From contig DATIWX010000044.1 in the NCBI GenBank assembly GCA_035519135.1, positions 39,270-103,269 on the forward strand: 64,000 bases of DNA, written 5' to 3'. Numbering within the stretch: position 1 is the stretch's first letter; each line of letters opens with the position of its first letter. Under the pieces are notes generated by a model. It worked only from the letters and a program-made list of their open reading frames with translations. It was not told the origin of the DNA and did no database searches. Shown here one piece after another: positions 51,559 through 62,456 of this stretch. The stretch comes from Burkholderiales bacterium. Lineage in GTDB: Bacteria; Pseudomonadota; Gammaproteobacteria; Burkholderiales; SG8-39. The position numbers and the translations under genes are program-made.

Positions 51559-52659
51559 TTATCTCCCGAACAGGCCCTTCAGCTTGTTGATGCCCTGATC
51601 GACGCCCTGCTGGACGGCGTCGCCGGCGGGTGATTTCTTCTTCTCCTGTGCCGAGGCGCCAGGGGCAGTCTTCGCACCGCGCGCTTCGTCCGTATCCAGG
51701 TTGGCAAGGTAGCTCGTGCACAGCACCGCGTATTTGCCGCCTTCCTTCGACGTGTAGTCGCGGCCGGTGCAGTGCTTCTGCGCCAGCGGCTTGGCCTCGT
51801 TGGGGCAATAGCGGCCGAGGAAATCGAGCGATTCGGTCTTGAGTGCCCCCGGGCATAGCGACGCCTTGACCCTGTCCGCCGACAGGCCGCACGCCTCAGC
51901 CACGTTCTTGTCGCCACCGGCCTTCGCGAACCCCTCCTGCGTCTGGTAGCGCTTGCAGAATTCGGCGGTCTTCGCGGTGCACGCCGACTGCACCTCCGGG
52001 TAGGTCTTGGCATAGCTGCTCATGACGCTCTTGCAGGTATCGTCGCTCTTGCGGTAGCAGCGCCCGTACATCCCGAGCTTTCCGAAGTCCATGGTCTCGA
52101 CCGCCTTGCCGCATTCCGCGATCTGCGCCTCGTTGTTTCGCTTCATGGCTTGCTCGCCCTGCGCCCGCGCAGCATCGGCCTGCGCCTTCATGGCGGCGAT
52201 CTGCCCTTCGCGCTCGCTCCTCGCCTGCTCCCGTTCGCTCCTCGCCTTCTGCGCGTCGCAGGTGCCGACCTTCCTGCCGCTCATGTTCATGAGCATTTCC
52301 TGGCCGCCGTCCTTCATGCGCATCGTGCCCTTGTATTCCGTGCGGGACGGGTTGAAGACGTATTCCATGACCGCCGACCGGTTCTTGGGGCAGCTCATTG
52401 TTATGGTCAGCTTGTTTGCGGATTCCTTGTAGTCCGTCACCTTGCATCCCTCCGCGTCCTTGCGCTGGGTGACGTTCTTGCGCATGTCCTTTTCGTAGCA
52501 CTGCTGCTGGGTGTTGCTCCCCATGCCGGCGGGCATCCCGGGCACGTTCATCTGCGTGGTGATTTCCCACAGGTCGTCCGCGCCGGCGGCGGGCGCGGCA
52601 AACGAAAGAGACAGCGCGCCGGCGAGCGCGAGCGAGGTCATGACTCCGGTAATTTTCAT
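51559..52659 (-). CDS. Exported DUF3617-like protein with Cys-rich C-terminal extension
   Basis: Signal peptide, LWEITTQM...GRKVGTC domain, coiled-coil, 14 Cys in total. Confidence 0.7.
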   Translation of the reverse strand: MKITGVMTSLALAGALSLSFAAPAAGADDLWEITTQMNVPGMPAGMGSNTQQQCYEKDMRKNVTQRKDAEGCKVTDYKESANKLTITMSCPKNRSAVMEYVFNPSRTEYKGTMRMKDGGQEMLMNMSGRKVGTCDAQKARSEREQARSEREGQIAAMKAQADAARAQGEQAMKRNNEAQIAECGKAVETMDFGKLGMYGRCYRKSDDTCKSVMSSYAKTYPEVQSACTAKTAEFCKRYQTQEGFAKAGGDKNVAEACGLSADRVKASLCPGALKTESLDFLGRYCPNEAKPLAQKHCTGRDYTSKEGGKYAVLCTSYLANLDTDEARGAKTAPGASAQEKKKSPAGDAVQQGVDQGINKLKGLFGR

Positions 52660-52755
52660 GCTTACCCTCCCAGGGCGGCGCGGCCCGGCGGAGGCGCCAG
52701 GCCGACGATGCGAGTCTACCGCAACGTTCCGCCGAACGAGCGGATAGGGATCAGA

Positions 52756-55563
52756 TCAGCGCCGGAGCTCCGCCAGCGCCTGTCCGCCCCCGAAGCTCGA
52801 GTGCACCGGCGTCGGACCGCCCTTGGTGACTTTCACCGCGCAATATTTGAACTCCGGGATCTTGCCGAACGGGTCGAGCTTCGGGTTGGTGAGCATGTTC
52901 GCCGCCGCCTCGTAGTAGCAGAACGGGATGAACAGGGCGCCGACCGGCGTGCCTTCGTCCGCGCGCGCGTATAGCGCGATTTTCCCGCGGCGCGATTCGA
53001 CGGTGACGATCTCGCCCGCTTTCACCCCGAACCTGGCGAGGTCGGCCGGATGGAGCGACGCGACCGGCTCGGGCTCGATGTGATCGAGCACGGTGGCGCG
53101 GCGCGTCATCGAGCCGGTGTGCCAATGCTCGAGCTGGCGGCCGGTGATGAGCACCATCGGGTATTCGTCGTCCGGCCGTTCATCGGCCGAGATCAGGTCT
53201 GCGGGAACGAACTTGCCGCGGCCGGTGGTCGTCGGGAAGTGCGTCGTGAATACCACGGGCTCGCCGGGGTCGCCTTCTTTCTCGCACGGGTAGGTCACCG
53301 AGGAATCGCGCTCGAGGCGCTCCCAGGTGATGCCCGCGATCGAGTCCATGCACTGGCGCATCTCGTTGAACACGTCGCGCGGGTGCGCGTAGTTCCAGGA
53401 AAGACCGATGCGCCTGGCCAGCTCGTTGAGGAGCCAGAAGTCTTCCTTCGCCTCCCCCGGGGGCTCGATTGCCTTTCTTCCGAGCTGCACCATGCGATCG
53501 GTGTTGGTCACCGTGCCGACCTTCTCCGGCCAGGCGGTCGCGGGCAGCACCACGTCGGCGAGATACGCCGTTTCCGTGAGGAAGATGTCCTGCACCACCA
53601 TGTGATCGAGGGAAGCGAGCGCCTCGCGCGCGTGGTCGACGTCGGGGTCGGACATCGCCGGGTTCTCGCCCATGATGTACATGCCGCGGATCTCGCGCTT
53701 CTTCGCCGCGTTGATGGTCTCGACCACGGTGAGTCCGGGCTTGGGGTCGAGCTCCATGCCCCAGAGCTTCTCGAAGCGCGCCTTGGCCTCGGGCGTGGCG
53801 ACTCGCTGGTAGTCGGGATAGAACATCGGGATCAGGCCTGAGTCGGAGGCGCCCTGCACGTTGTTCTGGCCGCGCAGGGGATGCAGGCCCGAGCCGGGCT
53901 TGCCGATCTGGCCGGTCGAGAGCGCCAGTGCGATCAGGCAGCGCGCGTTGTCTGTGCCGTGCACGTGCTGCGAGATGCCCATGCCCCACATGATCATCGA
54001 GCCCTTGGAGGTCGCGTACAGGCGCGCGACTTCGCGGATGGTCTTCGCGTCGATGCCGCAGATGGGCGCCATTGCCTCGGGGGAGAACTTCTTCACGTTC
54101 TCGGCCAGGGCCTCGTAACCCGAGGTGCGGTCGCGGATGAAGGCCTCGTTCACGAGCCCTTCCTCGACGATGGTGTGCAGCATCGCGTTCAGCAGAGCGA
54201 CGTCCGTGTCGGCCTTGAACTGCAGGCAGTAGGTCGCGTGGCGCGCGAGCTCGCCGCGGCGCGGGTCGGCGACGATCAGCTTCACGCCGGCCTTGGCGGC
54301 GTTCTTCATCCAGGTCGCCGCGACGGGGTGGTTCACCGTGGGGTTGGCCCCGATCAGGAAGATCACCTCCGCCTTCATCACGTCGCGCACCTGGTTCGAC
54401 ACCGCGCCCGAGTTGATGCCTTCCATCAGCGCCGCGACCGACGAGGCGTGGCACAGGCGCGTGCAGTGATCGACGTTGTTCGACCCGAAGCCGGTGCGCA
54501 CCAGCTTCTGGAAGAGATAGGCTTCCTCGTTCGTGCCCTTCGCCGAGCCGAATCCGGCCAGCGCCTTCTTCCCGTGGGTGTCGCGGATGTCGCGAAGGCC
54601 CTTGGCGGCGAAGTCGAGCGCCTCTTCCCAGCTCGCCTCGCGGAAAACCTGCGACCAGTTGTCCGGGTCGACGACGAAGTTCTTGTGCTTTTTCACGCCC
54701 GGCTTGCGGATGAGCGGCCGGGTGAGCCGGTGCCTGTGCTGCACGTAGTCGAAGCCGTAGCGTCCCTTCACGCACAGGCGGCTGGAGTTGGCGGGGCCTT
54801 CCCTGCCCTGGACCCACAGAATCTTGTTGCCCTTGACGTTGTAGGTGAGCAGGCAGCCCACGCCGCAGTAGGGGCACACCGAGTCCACGGTCTTGTCGGC
54901 CTGCACCTTGCCGACGTCCCGGGCCGGCATCAGGGCGCCCGTCGGGCAGGCCTGCACGCATTCGCCGCACGCGACGCAGGTCGAGTTGCCCATGGGGTCG
55001 TCGAGGTCGAAGACGATCTTGGAGTGCTCGCCGCGGAAAGCGTAGCCGATGACGTCGTTCACCTGTTCCTCGCGGCAGGCCCTGAGGCAGCGCGTGCACT
55101 GTATGCACGCATCCAGGTTGACCGCGATCGCCGAGTGCGACAGGTCGGGCTTCGGCTGATGCCGCGACTCGAAGCGCGGCTTGCCGACTTTCAGCTCCTT
55201 CGCCCAGTGATCGAGCTCGGAATCGAGCGTGTAGGACTTCTCCGGAATATCCGCGAGCAGGAGCTCGAGCACCATTTTCTGGCTGGTGAGGGCTCGCGCG
55301 CTGTCGGTGGTGACCTCCATCCCGTCCTTGGGGGTGCGGCAGCACGAGGGGGCGAGCACGCGCTCGCCCTTGATCTCGACCACGCAGGCGCGGCAGTTGC
55401 CGTCCGGCCGCATGCCTTCCTTGTAGCAAAGGTGAGGAATCTCGATGCCGTAGTGCTTGGCGGTCTCGATGATGGTTTCGTCCGAGCGGCCGACCACCGC
55501 TTTGCCGTTGAGCTTGAACTCAACCGGCATCGTCGCCGCCTGCGCGGTGCTTATACGATCCAT
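52756..55563 (-). CDS. Formate dehydrogenase alpha subunit (Mo/W-bisPGD, Cys ligand)
   Basis: N-terminal 2Fe-2S/4Fe-4S motifs, CPYCGVGC, CTRLCH, LRGQNNVQG, GKIPEFK. Confidence 0.95.
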   Translation of the reverse strand: MDRISTAQAATMPVEFKLNGKAVVGRSDETIIETAKHYGIEIPHLCYKEGMRPDGNCRACVVEIKGERVLAPSCCRTPKDGMEVTTDSARALTSQKMVLELLLADIPEKSYTLDSELDHWAKELKVGKPRFESRHQPKPDLSHSAIAVNLDACIQCTRCLRACREEQVNDVIGYAFRGEHSKIVFDLDDPMGNSTCVACGECVQACPTGALMPARDVGKVQADKTVDSVCPYCGVGCLLTYNVKGNKILWVQGREGPANSSRLCVKGRYGFDYVQHRHRLTRPLIRKPGVKKHKNFVVDPDNWSQVFREASWEEALDFAAKGLRDIRDTHGKKALAGFGSAKGTNEEAYLFQKLVRTGFGSNNVDHCTRLCHASSVAALMEGINSGAVSNQVRDVMKAEVIFLIGANPTVNHPVAATWMKNAAKAGVKLIVADPRRGELARHATYCLQFKADTDVALLNAMLHTIVEEGLVNEAFIRDRTSGYEALAENVKKFSPEAMAPICGIDAKTIREVARLYATSKGSMIMWGMGISQHVHGTDNARCLIALALSTGQIGKPGSGLHPLRGQNNVQGASDSGLIPMFYPDYQRVATPEAKARFEKLWGMELDPKPGLTVVETINAAKKREIRGMYIMGENPAMSDPDVDHAREALASLDHMVVQDIFLTETAYLADVVLPATAWPEKVGTVTNTDRMVQLGRKAIEPPGEAKEDFWLLNELARRIGLSWNYAHPRDVFNEMRQCMDSIAGITWERLERDSSVTYPCEKEGDPGEPVVFTTHFPTTTGRGKFVPADLISADERPDDEYPMVLITGRQLEHWHTGSMTRRATVLDHIEPEPVASLHPADLARFGVKAGEIVTVESRRGKIALYARADEGTPVGALFIPFCYYEAAANMLTNPKLDPFGKIPEFKYCAVKVTKGGPTPVHSSFGGGQALAELRR

Positions 55564-55578
55564 TGTTCACCTCGCTCC

Positions 55579-55676
55579 AAAACCGGGGACAGACCACCAT
55601 TTTCCGGCTCGACCGGGGGCTCGACCGGGCGCTGGTGCCCGTCAGCAGAAGAAAATGGTGGTCTGTCCCCGGTTTT
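55579..55676. repeat. Perfect 26-bp inverted repeat (REP/MITE-like) between FDH subunit genes
   Basis: AAAACCGGGGACAGACCACCATTTTC (55579-604) and exact reverse complement (55651-676); spacer holds 2x GGCTCGACCGGG. Confidence 0.9.
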
Positions 55677-57382
55677 CATTCGATCTCGTTCGGGAAATAT
55701 TTCATCACGGAAAGCACGGGGTTGGGTGCCGCCTGACCCAAGCCGCATATGGATGCGTCCATCATCGCCTGGGAAAGTTCCTTCAGCAGCGGCTGGTCCC
55801 ACTTCTTCCCGTCGATCAGCTTGAGCGTCTTCGCCGTGCCCACGCGGCAGGGCGTGCACTGGCCGCAGGACTCCTCGGAGAAAAATCTCGTCAGGTTGCG
55901 CGCCGCGGCAGTCGCGCGGTCCTTGTCCGAAAGGATCACCACCGCGGCCGAGCCGATGAAGCAGCCGTACTGGTTGAGCGTGTCGAAATCGAGCGGGATG
56001 TCCGACATCGAGGCGGGCAGGATGCCGCCCGAGGCGCCGCCGGGCAGGTAGCCGTAGAAAGCGTGGCCGTCCTGCATCCCGCCGCAGTACTCGGCGATCA
56101 GCTCCTTCACCGTGATCCCGGCGGGCGCGAGATGCACACCGGGCTTCTTGACGCGGCCGCTCACCGAGAACGAGCGCAGCCCCTTGCGGCCGTTGCGCCC
56201 CTGGGACGCGAACCAGTCGGCGCCGCGCTCGAGGATCTCGCGCACCCAATGCAGCGTTTCCATGTTGTGCTCGAGCGTCGGCCGGCCGAACAGGCCCACC
56301 TGGGCGACGTAGGGCGGGCGCAGGCGCGGCATGCCGCGCCTGCCTTCGATCGACTCGATCATCGCCGATTCCTCGCCGCAGATGTAGGCGCCCGCTCCGC
56401 GCCGCAGGTAGATGGGCGGCAGCTTGCACGGCGGATCGGCCTGCAGCGCCGCGATCTCCTTCTCGAGGATCGCACGGCAGCCGTGGTATTCGTCGCGCAG
56501 GTAGATGTAGATTTCGCCTATCCCGACCGCCCAGGCGGCGATCAGTGCGCCCTCGATGAAGCGGTGCGGGTCGCGCTCCAGGTACCAGCGGTCCTTGAAG
56601 GTACCCGGCTCGCCTTCGTCGATGTTGATCGCCATCAGCCGGGGCGCGTGCTCGGCGGCGACGGACTTCCATTTGCGCCCCGCCGGGAATCCCGCGCCTC
56701 CCAGGCCGCGCAGGCCCGAGTTCTCCATCACGGCGATCACGTCTTCGCGCTTCTTCTCGCCCTCGGCGCAGGCCTTCGCGAGCGCGTAGCCGCCTTTGGC
56801 GCGGTAGCCTGCGTAGTCGATGTAGGCTTGCGCAGGATGCTTCACCGCCCTGGCCTTCACCAGCGCGGCGATCTTCTCGGCGCTCGCGTGCATGACAGGA
56901 TTCTGCCCGACGACCGCGGCGGGCGCCGTCTCGCAGCGGCCGATGCAGGGCGCGTGCAGGACGCGGACGTCCTTGCCCAGAATCCCCGGGAGCCTCGCGA
57001 GCAGCTCCTGCGACCCCGCCATCTCGCAGGCGATCGAGTCGCACACCCTGACCGTGATCGCGGGCGGCGCCGCGTCACCCTCTTTCACCACGTCGAAGTG
57101 GTGATAGAAAGTCGCGACCTCGTAGACCTCGGTCATCGCAACCTTCATCTCGTCGGCAAGGGCGACCAAGTGCGCCGCCGACAGGTGGCCGTGGCGATCC
57201 TGGATGCGGTGCAGATACTCGATCAGCAGGTCGCGCCGGCGCGCGCTTTCTCCAAAATGCTCCTGCAGCAGCGCGCGGACTTCCTCGCGCGCCTTGGGAT
57301 CGACCCCGCGGCCCTTGGGCGTGCCGCGCACCCGCGCGCGTTCTGGATCCTGCTGCGGTTTCGTCGGTGCCGGGCCGTTCAT
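55676..57382 (-). CDS. NAD-linked formate dehydrogenase beta subunit (NuoE-NuoF fusion)
   Basis: EVATFY, CDSIAC, CIGRC; GLRGLGGAGFP, DEGEPGTFKDR, YICGEE, SCGQCTPCR, ICGLG. Confidence 0.93.
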   Translation of the reverse strand: MNGPAPTKPQQDPERARVRGTPKGRGVDPKAREEVRALLQEHFGESARRRDLLIEYLHRIQDRHGHLSAAHLVALADEMKVAMTEVYEVATFYHHFDVVKEGDAAPPAITVRVCDSIACEMAGSQELLARLPGILGKDVRVLHAPCIGRCETAPAAVVGQNPVMHASAEKIAALVKARAVKHPAQAYIDYAGYRAKGGYALAKACAEGEKKREDVIAVMENSGLRGLGGAGFPAGRKWKSVAAEHAPRLMAINIDEGEPGTFKDRWYLERDPHRFIEGALIAAWAVGIGEIYIYLRDEYHGCRAILEKEIAALQADPPCKLPPIYLRRGAGAYICGEESAMIESIEGRRGMPRLRPPYVAQVGLFGRPTLEHNMETLHWVREILERGADWFASQGRNGRKGLRSFSVSGRVKKPGVHLAPAGITVKELIAEYCGGMQDGHAFYGYLPGGASGGILPASMSDIPLDFDTLNQYGCFIGSAAVVILSDKDRATAAARNLTRFFSEESCGQCTPCRVGTAKTLKLIDGKKWDQPLLKELSQAMMDASICGLGQAAPNPVLSVMKYFPNEIE

Positions 57383-57417
57383 GCGCTCATTTTACGTCCG
57401 CGCGCGAGCGCAAAAGC

Positions 57418-57431
57418 TTGACACGAGTCAA
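57418..57431. promoter_or_regulatory. Crp/Fnr-type box upstream of FDH operon
   Basis: TTGAC-ACGA-GTCAA; minus-strand TAAAAT at 57394-57389. Confidence 0.8.
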
Positions 57432-57446
57432 TTGTTTGGCCCGCGG

Positions 57447-57785
57447 TCAGGCCTTCAGATTCTTGCGCGCCCCCGACGCCAGCGTCGCCAGCGTGACGAA
57501 CTCGGAGCTCAGCGCGTCGGCAAACGCGCCGGGATACCCGGCTTCCCGGAGCGACCACTTGAAGCGGTTGCCCAGGTGCGCCTTCTTGTACAGGTTGAGG
57601 CGCCGGGACCGGGCGAACGCATCGACGCGGTTGAACGCGGCGTTGTGCACGCCCTTGAGGCGCTTGGCCGCCTTTTCCGCGGGCATGTCTTCCAGGCCGC
57701 CCGGGGGAAACCGCTTCACGAGGTCGGCCACGATCGAGTCGACCAGCTCGTCGATTTCCCTGCAGTTGAACCAGTCACCGAACAT
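57447..57785 (-). CDS. Hypothetical 112-aa protein, paralogue of 25668-25976
   Basis: ATG 57785 overlaps end of the GT41 gene; MFGDWFN...KRFPP...KAHLGNRFKWSLREAGY. Confidence 0.78.
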   Translation of the reverse strand: MFGDWFNCREIDELVDSIVADLVKRFPPGGLEDMPAEKAAKRLKGVHNAAFNRVDAFARSRRLNLYKKAHLGNRFKWSLREAGYPGAFADALSSEFVTLATLASGARKNLKA

Positions 57786-59661
57786 GGGGGCCCCGCTCGT
57801 CGCGGCCTTCGCACCATGCGCGCCACATCGTCCGATAGGCGCTTTCGAGGTCGCGCACGAATGCCGTCTCGTCCATGATAGGCGATAGCCGCATCTTTTG
57901 GCGCAGCGAGCCGCGCAACCCCTCCAGCCGTGCCGGGTCGCGCGCGGATCCGGCGGCCAGCCGGACGTAGTCCCCGGGCGTGGCCGCGATCCAGTCGGCG
58001 AGTCCCACGGTGCAAAGAATGCTGGCGGCGCTTCGCGATATCGAGCGCGAGCCCTGCAGGGCGACCACGGGCACTCCCATCCAAAGGGCGTCGCAGGTCG
58101 TGGTTCCACCGCTGTAGGGAGTCGTATCCAGCGCGATATCCACGCCGCCGACCGAGCGGAGGTAGTCGTCCAGCGCCGCGTACGGCAACGTCGCGATTCT
58201 CGCCGCCGATATCCCGCCGCGTTCCAGATCGGCGAGCAATCCGTCCCTGGCCGGTCCGTCCGGAACGCCGGCGAGCAGCAGCCGCGAATCCGGCACGCGC
58301 CCGAGAACATCGGCCCAAAGGCTGCGGATGCCCGGGGAGAGCTTCGAGACGTGATTGAACGAGCCGAACGTGACGAAGCCGTTCTTCTTCGAGGGCAGAT
58401 CCGTGACGGGGATATCCGCGATGAACGGGCGGTAGCACCATTGGCTGTGCGGGAGCCTGACCAGAGCCTCGGTGTGGAACGCGTCGGCGACGCCCTCGGG
58501 ATCGGAATGGGCGTCGCAAATCCGGTAGTGAACGCGGGTCATCCCGGTCGTATTCAGATAGCCCAGCCAGGTCGCCTGCACCGGCGCCGGCTGCCGCGCG
58601 AGAACGCCGAGACGGAAGACGCCGGAATGCCCCGAGAGGTCCACCAGGATGTCGACGCCGTCCTGGTGGATCGCCTCGGCGAGCTCGTCGTCGGACATCG
58701 CCTGCGCATCGCGAAAGACATCCGCTCCTTCCGCAATCGCCCGCGTGACCTCGTCCGCGATCCCTCCGGTCGAGTAGCAGAAGACCTCGTGCGTGTGTCT
58801 CTCGATCACCGGAAGCGCGAACAGGGCCACCGGATGCCGCCAGAAATCGCCCGAGAGGTAGCCGATGCGCAGGCGCCGCTCCGGGACCTTGGCGTTGCTG
58901 AACTGGAACCTTCGCGGAACCGCCTTCTCGAGGCGCTCGCCGAACGCCTTGTGCCGGGCGAAGAGCGCTTCGCCCGAAATACTCTCCGAGCAATTGAGCG
59001 TGAACAGCTCCGCGGATTCCAGCTCGAACTTTTCCGGCGCGAGTTTCCGGGCGGCTGCGAAGCACTCGAGAGCCTCCGCTATCTTCGATTGGCCGCGGAG
59101 CACGCCGCCCAGGGCCTCGTATGCCGGCAGGAATCGCGGATCGGCCTCGATTGCGTGGCGCAATGCAGCCTCCGCCTCGGGTAGCCTTCCCAGCTTTCTC
59201 AGAACCGTGCCGTAGTTGTGCAGCGCTCCCGCGTAGCCGGGTTTCAGCCGGAGCGCCGCCTCGAGCGCGGCCGCGGCGGGCTGGAGGTTTCCGCGCGCGT
59301 CGTGGACGTTCGACAGCGCGATCAGCGCCTCGGGGAAATCGGGCCTGTTCCGCAGGGCGTTGCCGAGCAGGACCTCGGCACCGTCCAGGTCCCCGCGCTT
59401 GAACAGCAGATTGCCGAGGTTGTAGTTCGCGAAAGGGTTCGCCGGCTCCAGCGCCAGGGCCGCTTCGAAGGACTCGATCGCGCCGCCGGCGTCGCCCGTG
59501 GCCTCGAGCCCGATGCCCAGATTGAGATGCGCCCTGGCGTAGCCCGGAGCGGCGGCGACGGCCTTGCGGTAGCGCTCGCACGCTTCGCTCAGCCTGCCCG
59601 AATCCTCCGCCCTGTTGCCCTCGGCGATCAGCGCATCGGCGAGGTCGTTCGGGCTGGCCAC
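57775..59661 (-). CDS. TPR + GT41 (SPINDLY/OGT-like) glycosyltransferase
   Basis: N-terminal TPRs; RIGYLSGDF..HPV, DILVDLSGH, APVQ.TWLGY..TTG, FGSFN...K, LDT.PY.GGTTTCDALWMGVPV. Confidence 0.9.
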   Translation of the reverse strand: MASPNDLADALIAEGNRAEDSGRLSEACERYRKAVAAAPGYARAHLNLGIGLEATGDAGGAIESFEAALALEPANPFANYNLGNLLFKRGDLDGAEVLLGNALRNRPDFPEALIALSNVHDARGNLQPAAAALEAALRLKPGYAGALHNYGTVLRKLGRLPEAEAALRHAIEADPRFLPAYEALGGVLRGQSKIAEALECFAAARKLAPEKFELESAELFTLNCSESISGEALFARHKAFGERLEKAVPRRFQFSNAKVPERRLRIGYLSGDFWRHPVALFALPVIERHTHEVFCYSTGGIADEVTRAIAEGADVFRDAQAMSDDELAEAIHQDGVDILVDLSGHSGVFRLGVLARQPAPVQATWLGYLNTTGMTRVHYRICDAHSDPEGVADAFHTEALVRLPHSQWCYRPFIADIPVTDLPSKKNGFVTFGSFNHVSKLSPGIRSLWADVLGRVPDSRLLLAGVPDGPARDGLLADLERGGISAARIATLPYAALDDYLRSVGGVDIALDTTPYSGGTTTCDALWMGVPVVALQGSRSISRSAASILCTVGLADWIAATPGDYVRLAAGSARDPARLEGLRGSLRQKMRLSPIMDETAFVRDLESAYRTMWRAWCEGRDERGPHVR

Positions 59662-59676
59662 GTCTCCTGGCGCCCG

Positions 59677-61724
<2,048 letters not shown>

Positions 61725-61779
61725 CGCTTGCGTCCCTGATAGTAGCCGCAATCATCGCCGCGCGCAGCGCGAACGCTCA

Positions 61780-61793
61780 TTGACCCGCGTCAA
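61780..61793. promoter_or_regulatory. Crp/Fnr-type box upstream of sucC
   Basis: TTGAC-CCGC-GTCAA; only a weak -10 candidate (GATGAT) at equivalent spacing. Confidence 0.7.
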
Positions 61794-61828
61794 GCGGCCG
61801 CCATCCCGCGCGTCTTCCGCTCCAGCCC

Positions 61829-62455
61829 CTATGCGAGCTTCATCACGATCATGCCGAGGACGTTGGCGGCGAAGTCGGCCCGGTCCGACATGTTCGAGAT
61901 GTGCCGGTAGACCTCGCGTCGGTAGAACAGCCCGGGAAGCCGTCCCGGCTCCGTGGCGCGCGCGAACAGATCCTTGATCGCCGCTCGGTAGAGGCGTTCG
62001 ACCTCGCGTTCCATCTGATGCACGTCGTGCGCATGATCGCCGGCGACCCGCGGATTTCCGGCCAGCCTCTGAATCGCCAGCTCCAGCTGCTGCGCTTCCT
62101 GGCGGACGAAATCCACCATCCTGCGGATGTAGTCGTCGGCCTCCACCTTGAGGATGTTCATCTCCTCCATGGTCGTGAGCGCGTACGTCACCATGTCCTC
62201 GTAGCAATGCGACAGGTTGAAGATGTCCTCGCGGTCGAGCGGGGTGATGAACGTCTTGTGCAGCTCGTCGATGAGAACGCTGCGCAGCTCGCTTGCATCG
62301 TCCGCGAGCTGCCGCAGCGTATCGATTCTGCCGGAATCGGCCTGACCGAGCATGCTCTCGAGGTAGCGCACCCCTTCGACCGACTTGGCGGCCTGGGCGA
62401 CCAGCATGGTGATGAATTTGTTGTTCTCCTTCACACGTCCGTCGAACCATCCCAT
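61829..62455 (-). CDS. DUF47 (PhoU-like) Pit accessory protein
   Basis: LHKTFITPLDREDI motif; downstream of Pit. Confidence 0.9.
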   Translation of the reverse strand: MGWFDGRVKENNKFITMLVAQAAKSVEGVRYLESMLGQADSGRIDTLRQLADDASELRSVLIDELHKTFITPLDREDIFNLSHCYEDMVTYALTTMEEMNILKVEADDYIRRMVDFVRQEAQQLELAIQRLAGNPRVAGDHAHDVHQMEREVERLYRAAIKDLFARATEPGRLPGLFYRREVYRHISNMSDRADFAANVLGMIVMKLA

Positions 62456-62456
62456 C

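Noticed and set aside
52756..55563. Selenocysteine FDH
   Set aside because: Active-site position is Cys (CTRLCH) and the ORF has no in-frame TGA
53180..55824. Long alternative-frame and antisense ORFs (749 aa, 647 aa) over the FDH alpha gene
   Set aside because: Arg/Pro-rich or antisense shadows overlapping a well-supported gene
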